Positions 25,896 to 32,000 of a stretch of DNA of 32,000 nucleotides are shown here, piece after piece. Where the stretch lies: the NCBI GenBank assembly GCA_024277355.1, contig JAJRVL010000004.1:420001-452000 (forward strand). The letters are read 5' to 3'. The translations under genes were made by a program, and so were the position numbers. How positions within the stretch are numbered: the stretch's first letter is position 1; each line of letters opens with the position of its first letter. The notes below the pieces were generated by a model. The model made no database searches, was not told where the DNA came from, and was given only the letters and a program-made list of their open reading frames with translations. This stretch comes from an archaeon (GTDB lineage Archaea; Iainarchaeota; Iainarchaeia; Iainarchaeales; 1-14-0-10-31-34).

Positions 25896-26507
25896 TTAAG
25901 ACGCAACTGAATGCAAAATACTATTTATTTTGTCAGTAATTTCCTTTGAATTAGAATACATTGCAGTAAAAATCTGCTGTAAAATAACTAAACCTTCTTC
26001 TTTTTTTGTTGGTTTAATTACAACAGAATTATTATACATTTCAACTGAAGGTTTATTTCCTTCAGGGAACTTAATTATAAACTGGAATTCAGTTGAATTT
26101 TCAATTAAATTATTACACTGTCTTTTAGTTAATTTTTCATTTTGAGAAGTGTTGCCAAAATTTGTCTGGCAGTAATCTATATTGCCTTGTTCATCTAATA
26201 CAATTATAAGAGAAGAAACAAATTTTCCTGTAGCAGAAAAAATACCTGAAGCTAAAGCAATCTGACTTGAAATATAAGGCAAATTAACTTCTTCTGAATC
26301 TAATTCAGTTATAATTAGAAAACTGTTTCTTTCTTTTACTGTTTCAGAAAAATATTTTTGAGGAAAAGAAAAAGAATTTGAATAAAAAGTTATTCCGTTA
26401 ATTTCTTCTGCATAAACAAATTCTTTTTCAGGAATAATAAAATAAATCCCTGCAAAAACAAAAATTAATATTACTAAAAGTAATGCAATTATATTATTTC
26501 TTTCCAT
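25896..26507 (-). CDS. hypothetical protein with single N-terminal membrane anchor
   Basis: 203-aa ORF, 'MERNNIIALLLVILIFVFAGIYFII' hydrophobic N-terminus, then a soluble domain containing two Cys (DYCQTNF...KRQCNNL). Confidence 0.6.
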   Translation of the reverse strand: MERNNIIALLLVILIFVFAGIYFIIPEKEFVYAEEINGITFYSNSFSFPQKYFSETVKERNSFLIITELDSEEVNLPYISSQIALASGIFSATGKFVSSLIIVLDEQGNIDYCQTNFGNTSQNEKLTKRQCNNLIENSTEFQFIIKFPEGNKPSVEMYNNSVVIKPTKKEEGLVILQQIFTAMYSNSKEITDKINSILHSVAS

Positions 26508-26612
26508 ATACTATAAAAATTAGGCAAAATAATTTAAAATAAAACTATACTGTAAGCTGAATTAAAATAAAAAAAAAAGAAAAAGGGTAGGATTAACCTA
26601 CCTTTGTTTTAT

Positions 26613-29453
26613 TTACAAGTTTTCTATTGCGTCGATTAATTCTTGTGCTGCTGAACCTGTGTCAGATCCGGTGTATCCTGCAACAACTATGTCTCCTGTG
26701 CTGGTTTTTTCAGCAACATAGTCTCCTGTTTTGGTTAACTTTGATTTCAAAGTTGAACCGTCTGCAAGAGTTACTCCTTCAGCCAATTTGTTGACTTTCC
26801 ATGCACCAACAATTACGTGTGTTGCTGCTGATGGATTTACGTCATCTACTACAAGGTTTCTTGCAGTTAATGGCTGCATATAAGTTGTTGGAGTTACACT
26901 ACAGCTTCCTGTACCGGTTCCTGTTCCGCCACCACAAGTTGCATTATAGTTGACTTTTGTTACAGTGACTCTTGTTCCGCCAGTAGTACTTCCTGTTTCG
27001 CCTTCAGCTACAGTTAAGTCTTCTCCGCCTGAAACAGTTGTAGTTGTTCCTGTTCCTGAGATTAAAACTTCTGCTTGAGGTCTGTTTTCTGGTAAGGTAA
27101 TTTTATATTTGTGGTCGTTTAGTTCAATTTTTGAACCAAAGTCAGTGTATGCTGTTGAAGGATAAGTTGAAGTAGTGCTTTCGCTGACGAATTTTGCTCC
27201 GCCGTTATAGTCTCCTTCTGCAGTATAGGTACTTAATTGAGTGTTTGGTAATGCAATTAAGTTACCTGTTCCTGTGTCAACATAGAAGTTCATGTCGTCA
27301 ACTGAGTCTTCATCCTGGTCAATCTGGAACATTGCAACAAAGTATTCGTTTGAGTTGTAGTTTGCGTCACCTTCCATTAAGGCAGGCAAATACTGGCTGT
27401 GTGGCAAGTAGAATCCATAGTTGTTTATTCCTGCTTGTGTTTGGGTCATTCCACCACTTGTAAAGTTTTGGTCTTCTGTTGTGTCGGTTCCTACAAAGTC
27501 CCATCTTTTACTGTATTGGATGGTTTTTGTTTGTGCATCAAAGAATAACCATAGTCTTGATGTTGAACCGATTTCATCAACCATTACTTCATAGTCGTGT
27601 GTTACTGAACTGGCACCTTCAAAGCTGATTGCTGCATTGTTTCCATAGTTCTGGTCAACATAGTAGAATTCCTGTATTAAGGTTCCACTTGAAGTGTCTT
27701 TTCTGAAAGTGACGTTTCCGTCTGCTGTCAAATAAACACCTGTGTTTGCATCATCAATTCCTGAAACTAAGAACTGCATTCCGTTAATGTCAATTCTTTG
27801 TCCAACGTTAACATCTGTTCCGTTAATTTTTACGTTGTTTCCAGTAAGAGTTGTGCCTGTTGCTGGAGAACTGTTTGCGTCTGTTACAAAAACTAATTCT
27901 CCGTTGATGTAGTTCTGGTCACCAATAAGGTCGTACTTTGTTCCTGAACCGTCTGCTGAAGTGCTTGCAAACAAGTTTGAGTCTGTTGAGTTAAGTTTAT
28001 ACCAGATTGTTTTTCCGTCAATTGTAGTTGTGTCGGTTGATTCGTCTGACATAGACTGGCTCAAGACATACAAAGGAACTGTGTGGTCTGCTTCATAAGT
28101 TGAATCCTTATATTTTAAGTTTCCGTCTTCTAAGCTTACAACAGTTGTTATTTCTGTTTTTGACACTCCGGTAAATTCAGGTAACTGAAGTCCAAGGAAT
28201 TTAAGTGTTCCTAAGTCTTCTGGGAATTTTGCTTCTTGTCCTACAAGTAATGCATCAGTTCCAACAAAGTCATAAGTTGACTTGTTTGTAATGTTTACAT
28301 CTACAAGATAGTTTGTGTCGCTTCCTCCCCATCCTAATTTTACAGTCCAATCATAGTCGTCGTCTGTTTTAGTTGAGTCAAAAGGATATCCTTTGTCATT
28401 CTTTAGTAAGATTCTTGCGTTTCCTACTAAGATTGTTGGTGTATAAACATCTACATCTGATACAGTTGTTTTTAGGATTTCGCTTATGTTAACTAAAGTA
28501 CTTAGAACTGCTTGTCCTGTGTCATCACTGTAAAATACTACGTCTCCTGCTGGAAAGTTTTCGGATTTTACTAAGGTTCCATCTTCTTTGTATAAAGCCA
28601 AAGTGATTTTGTTTGTTGAACCTACTACTCCTCCTCTTCCTACTTCAACATAGTATTTTTCTCCGTCATAACCTTCTAAATCGGTTATTCTGTCTCCTTC
28701 ACTGTATTGTTTTTCGCCTGATGTTTTGATTAATTCAACCTGACTTGAAGTAACGCTTTTGACTAAATAGTCTGATCCAAAGAATGGAATTCTAACGTTA
28801 TCATTTGCGTCATCAGCAAAGTTTGTTGCTACAGTCATTGCATCATATCTTGGAATTCCTGAACCTAAGTTCAAGTTATATTTCAAGTTATTTGTTGCAA
28901 TTTCTGCTACTAATGCTTTGTTTGTTACGTCATCAAACTTTACGTCTGCAGTAAAGTAAAGTCTTTCTTGGATTGCTGTAGTGTATTGTGTTCCATTATA
29001 AGTGTATGATTTTGAACCATTGTAATATAATGATGGAACATTTGATTCACTTACTGACTGGTTGTTGAAGTTTGCTTCCTGTCCAACTGAGTCTGAACTC
29101 ATGTTGTTGAAAAAGGTTTTTCCTCCTGAGACAGTGGTTGTTCCTCCAACACTTAAGTCAACAGTTAAACCATCAACTGATGGAGTTGCTCCTCCGGAAC
29201 AGTCTGCTGTACCTACTGCAACTTGTTTTTCTGTATAGGCTTTTTGTCCTATTGCTACTGCAATATTTCCTGCCCATACTGCGTCGCTTACAGATGCTTT
29301 TTTACCAACAACAACATCTACTTTGACTCCTGAATCAGAAACTAAATCTGATTTGTCCAAAGAGATTGCTGAAGCCATTGGTGCTAAAGCAGAACCAACT
29401 AATGCTGCTCCTGCTGCAATTGCTGCAAGCTTTTTTATGTTAAGATTTCTCAT
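26613..29453 (-). CDS. S-layer protein (methanogen/DPANN type)
   Basis: 946 aa; signal peptide 'MRNLNIKKLAAIAAGAALVGSALAPMASA'; 'VDVVVGKKASVSDAVWAGNIAVAIGQKA' and the C-terminal 'VIVGAWKVNKLAEG...DIVVAGYTGSDTGSAAQELIDAI' follow archaeal S-layer patterns. Confidence 0.88.
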   Translation of the reverse strand: MRNLNIKKLAAIAAGAALVGSALAPMASAISLDKSDLVSDSGVKVDVVVGKKASVSDAVWAGNIAVAIGQKAYTEKQVAVGTADCSGGATPSVDGLTVDLSVGGTTTVSGGKTFFNNMSSDSVGQEANFNNQSVSESNVPSLYYNGSKSYTYNGTQYTTAIQERLYFTADVKFDDVTNKALVAEIATNNLKYNLNLGSGIPRYDAMTVATNFADDANDNVRIPFFGSDYLVKSVTSSQVELIKTSGEKQYSEGDRITDLEGYDGEKYYVEVGRGGVVGSTNKITLALYKEDGTLVKSENFPAGDVVFYSDDTGQAVLSTLVNISEILKTTVSDVDVYTPTILVGNARILLKNDKGYPFDSTKTDDDYDWTVKLGWGGSDTNYLVDVNITNKSTYDFVGTDALLVGQEAKFPEDLGTLKFLGLQLPEFTGVSKTEITTVVSLEDGNLKYKDSTYEADHTVPLYVLSQSMSDESTDTTTIDGKTIWYKLNSTDSNLFASTSADGSGTKYDLIGDQNYINGELVFVTDANSSPATGTTLTGNNVKINGTDVNVGQRIDINGMQFLVSGIDDANTGVYLTADGNVTFRKDTSSGTLIQEFYYVDQNYGNNAAISFEGASSVTHDYEVMVDEIGSTSRLWLFFDAQTKTIQYSKRWDFVGTDTTEDQNFTSGGMTQTQAGINNYGFYLPHSQYLPALMEGDANYNSNEYFVAMFQIDQDEDSVDDMNFYVDTGTGNLIALPNTQLSTYTAEGDYNGGAKFVSESTTSTYPSTAYTDFGSKIELNDHKYKITLPENRPQAEVLISGTGTTTTVSGGEDLTVAEGETGSTTGGTRVTVTKVNYNATCGGGTGTGTGSCSVTPTTYMQPLTARNLVVDDVNPSAATHVIVGAWKVNKLAEGVTLADGSTLKSKLTKTGDYVAEKTSTGDIVVAGYTGSDTGSAAQELIDAIENL

Positions 29454-29569
29454 AGTTTATTTCACCTCACGATTTGAAATCAAAAAAAAGAACCCGACAA
29501 TTAAAAACTTCATTCCATACAAAGGAAGCAGTCTTCTAACTAAAGGCTCTAATATTGAATATAATGTTT

Positions 29570-29580
29570 TATTTAAATAG
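29570..29580 (-). promoter_or_regulatory. candidate TATA box/BRE for the S-layer gene
   Basis: Minus strand AGAAAGCTATTTAAATAAA, with purines upstream of TATTTAAATA, located approx. 117-127 nt upstream of the ATG. Confidence 0.5.
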
Positions 29581-29788
29581 CTTTCTATTTTGGAAAACGA
29601 ACAAAACCCCTTAAAACAGCCAAACAAGGGCTTTTTTTGGAGAATTGTTGAATTTTGCTTCGTGTATTGACGAAAAGATTTTTTTGTTTTATTCAGAGAA
29701 TTTCACCTTAAAAAATATAATTTATTTTAATTATTTTTTATGAATTTTTCATACAATTTTGTTTGCTGAATATTTCAGTTTTTTTTGG

Positions 29789-30424
29789 TTATTCGTATAA
29801 TTTTCTGTTGAATTCAGTTAATTCTTCTTGGTTTAAGTGTTTTGCAATATATTCAGTGTAAGAATGAACTACATCTGAAATTAAAATTAATCCATCCTGT
29901 AATTCTCCTGCTTCAAATTCAAGTTTTTCTGGTTTAATTACTTCAACTGAAATAGGGCCATATAAAAACATTAATCTCATTAAAGCATGAAAATCTTTTA
30001 TTGAAAGGTTTATATCCAAATAAGAAGAATAATGTTCTTCTTGTTTGATTGGGTTTACTTCAATTATGTCATAAATAGTAAAAACTTCTTCTTTTTTGAT
30101 TGTTTCTTTTATTTCTTTTAACTGTTTTTTAAGCAGTGTTTCTTCAATTGCTAATACTTCAATTGTAATTCTTAATCTTAATTTGTTTTTATCTGTTTCT
30201 GCAATCATTTTTCTCTTCCTCACAGCGTCATATATTTCTTTTTTTAATGAATATTTTGTAGGAAAACCTTGTTTTGAGATTACTCCTAATTTAAGCATTC
30301 CTTTTAGTTCTGTCAGTAATTTGTCATAAGGAATATTTAATTGCTGTCTTAAATCTTCTGTTGTTTTTGGTTCATGAAGAATAAGCACAGAAATTTTTTT
30401 CTGGTTTTCAGTAAACCTTGCCAT
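29789..30424 (-). CDS. winged-HTH DNA-binding protein (transcriptional regulator-like)
   Basis: 'MARFTENQKKISVLILHEPKTTEDLRQQLNIPYDKLLTELKGMLKLGVISKQGFPTKYSLK' has ArsR/TrmB-like wHTH character. The C-terminal domain is not recognised. Confidence 0.6.
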   Translation of the reverse strand: MARFTENQKKISVLILHEPKTTEDLRQQLNIPYDKLLTELKGMLKLGVISKQGFPTKYSLKKEIYDAVRKRKMIAETDKNKLRLRITIEVLAIEETLLKKQLKEIKETIKKEEVFTIYDIIEVNPIKQEEHYSSYLDINLSIKDFHALMRLMFLYGPISVEVIKPEKLEFEAGELQDGLILISDVVHSYTEYIAKHLNQEELTEFNRKLYE

Positions 30425-30508
30425 TAGTAATAAAGGCAAAAAATTGTTTAAAAAGCTTTACTAAAGGAAAAGAATTTAAATAGATAAAAAATAAGTGTTA
30501 ATGGTATC

Positions 30509-30796
30509 ATGGTTTTTGAGGACTTAACTAATACTGCAGGCGAAACTGCAGGAAATTTTATTGGAGACCCTTCAATTTTAGTTATAGGAATAGTATTAAT
30601 TATTGCTGCAATAATTATTTTTACTGTATTAAAAAAAATAATTGTAAACTCTATTTTAGGTTTAATTGTGTTTGGAATAATTCATTTTGTTGTTGGAATT
30701 AATTTGCCTTTTATTCCTACTTTAATTGTTACCGCTATTTTTGGTTTAGCAGGAATAGGCGTAATGCTGGTACTGCATTTTTTAGCAATACTATAA
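30509..30796 (+). CDS. small membrane protein, BofA-like
   Basis: 95 aa; 'ILVIGIVLIIAAIIIFTVLKKIIVNSILGLIVFGIIHFVVGINLPFIPTLIVTAIFGLAGIGVMLVLHFL' resembles the archaeal pro-sigmaK-inhibitor BofA-like family. Confidence 0.6.
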   Translation: MVFEDLTNTAGETAGNFIGDPSILVIGIVLIIAAIIIFTVLKKIIVNSILGLIVFGIIHFVVGINLPFIPTLIVTAIFGLAGIGVMLVLHFLAIL

Positions 30797-31789
30797 AACA
30801 AAATCAGTTTTTGCATTACAGTTTGAACATTTTTCTTTTTTTATTCCTTTTATTTCAGAATTAAAATAAAATCTTGAAACTAAAAGGTTTTTGCATTCAG
30901 GACAAAAAGAATTTTCTTCTTTTTTTAAGTTTCCTGCATAAACATATTTTACTTCTTTTTTTTCAGCTAAATCTTTTGCCTGCATTACAGTAAACGGAGA
31001 AGTTGAAGTAAGATAATCTAATTTATATTGAGGGTAAAAAGCAGTGAAATGCAAAGGAATTTTATTAGATAAAGATAAAACAAAATTTATTGTTTCTTCA
31101 AAAAATTCTTTTTTGTCATTAAAAGACGGAACAATTAAATAAGTTAATTCCAAATGAATTTTATTTTTGTAAATCCATTTAATATTTTCTTTTACTTCAT
31201 TAATGTCAATATTGCCGCAGACTTTTTTATAAAAATTTTCATTGCCTTTTAAATCAACATTAATTGCATCAAGATATTTTTTGCTTTCTTTTAATACTTC
31301 TTTTGTCATATAACCATTTGAAACAAATACATTAAACAAATTATTTTCTTTTGCTAATTTCATTATGTCTAAAGCATATTCAATGAAAATAGTTGGTTCA
31401 GTGTAAGTATAAGCTATTCCCTGAACTTTGTTTTTTAATGCTGATTCAATTACTTTTTCAGGAGAAGTAAACTTAATAGAATTAATCATTGATTCATCAA
31501 ACTCTTTTGAAATACTATAATTTTGACAATGCAGACAAGAAAAATTGCATCCAAAAGTACTTACTCCTAAAACTTTTGATGTTGGATGGAAATGAAATAA
31601 AGGTTTTTTTTCTATTGGATCAATTTCTGAAGTTAAATTTTTTCCGTAAACTAAAGAAATTAATTTTCCATTTAAATTCTTTCTAACTAAACAAAAACCT
31701 GCTTTTCCTTCAGGGATTACGCAGTGTCTTTTGCAGGCATTGCATTTGACTAAATTTTTTTCTTTATTCCAAAATAAAGCTTCTTTCAT
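30791..31789 (-). CDS. amrS: AmrS-like radical SAM protein (AmmeMemoRadiSam family)
   Basis: 'CNACKRHCVIPEGKAGFCLVR', 'STFGCNFSCLHCQNYSISK' (CxxxCxxC), 'IAYTYTEPTIFIEYALD', 'HFTAFYPQYKL', and a C-terminal CPEC...CSNC pair. Confidence 0.9.
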   Translation of the reverse strand: MKEALFWNKEKNLVKCNACKRHCVIPEGKAGFCLVRKNLNGKLISLVYGKNLTSEIDPIEKKPLFHFHPTSKVLGVSTFGCNFSCLHCQNYSISKEFDESMINSIKFTSPEKVIESALKNKVQGIAYTYTEPTIFIEYALDIMKLAKENNLFNVFVSNGYMTKEVLKESKKYLDAINVDLKGNENFYKKVCGNIDINEVKENIKWIYKNKIHLELTYLIVPSFNDKKEFFEETINFVLSLSNKIPLHFTAFYPQYKLDYLTSTSPFTVMQAKDLAEKKEVKYVYAGNLKKEENSFCPECKNLLVSRFYFNSEIKGIKKEKCSNCNAKTDFVL

Positions 31790-31892
31790 AATAAAATAAT
31801 GAATTAAACAAGTTAAAATTAGTTTGATTGAATAAAAATTAAAAAAAAACAAGTAAATTCAATTAAAAAGTATTTGATTCTTTTTTTCTTTA

Positions 31893-32000
31893 ATGAGAGA
31901 GTTTGATTGCGATTTGCATTACCATAGTCCTTACTCTGTTGGAGTAAGCAAAAACATGTTAATTCCAATTATTGCAGAGCAGGCAGAACTAAAAGGATTA
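31893..32000 (+). CDS. PHP-domain phosphoesterase-like protein, N-terminal fragment (continues past window)
   Basis: MREFDCDLHYHSPYSVGVSKNMLIPIIAEQAELKGL: the DLHxHSPYS...IAEQAxLKGL pattern of PHP-type proteins. The ORF is open at the window edge. Confidence 0.8.
   Translation, partial: MREFDCDLHYHSPYSVGVSKNMLIPIIAEQAELKGL

Noticed and set aside
27194-27463. Plus-strand ORFs opposite the S-layer gene (27194..27463, 29138..29326)
   Set aside because: Antisense to a long conserved-looking secreted protein; no independent support.
29323-29580. Plus-strand 85-aa ORF spanning the S-layer start and leader
   Set aside because: Overlaps the signal-peptide coding region and the candidate promoter on the opposite strand; the N-terminal part is the reverse translation of the S-layer start.
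29702-29708. Minus-strand AAGGTGA resembling a ribosome-binding site downstream of the wHTH gene
   Set aside because: No start codon at suitable spacing is followed by an open frame, so no gene can be supported.

Overview
This is an AT-rich, gene-dense archaeal chromosomal segment. Archaeal-type content includes Topo VI A/B, Dph2, archaeal release factor aRF1, geranylgeranyl reductase, L10e, Mre11, archaeal UMP kinase, TruD and a large secreted S-layer-like protein. Small genes, lineage-specific proteins and extreme AT richness suggest a DPANN-type archaeon (inference). I see no CRISPR array, transposase or recognisable defence island. The most notable signals are: (1) an approx. 503-aa intein inserted immediately after the catalytic GGQ motif of aRF1, carrying both LAGLIDADG motifs plus an embedded HTH-like segment; (2) a perfect 61-nt direct repeat, with one copy filling most of the approx. 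103-nt intron of a tRNA-Cys(GCA) gene and the other between a tRNA methyltransferase gene and ppsA; it has near-perfect inverted ends and U-tract/hairpin character on both strands; (3) a ThiI pathway split over two genes, in which the THUMP protein keeps a degenerate PP-loop remnant and a second gene carries the intact SGGIDS PP-loop. Smaller observations include two HExxH proteins, an adjacent ADP-forming/AMP-forming acetyl-CoA synthetase pair, a lysine/aspartate-rich tail on L10e, a 54-aa membrane protein with a strong ribosome-binding site, and a promoter plus long leader for the S-layer gene. All family calls come from reading the sequence by eye; no database search was run.
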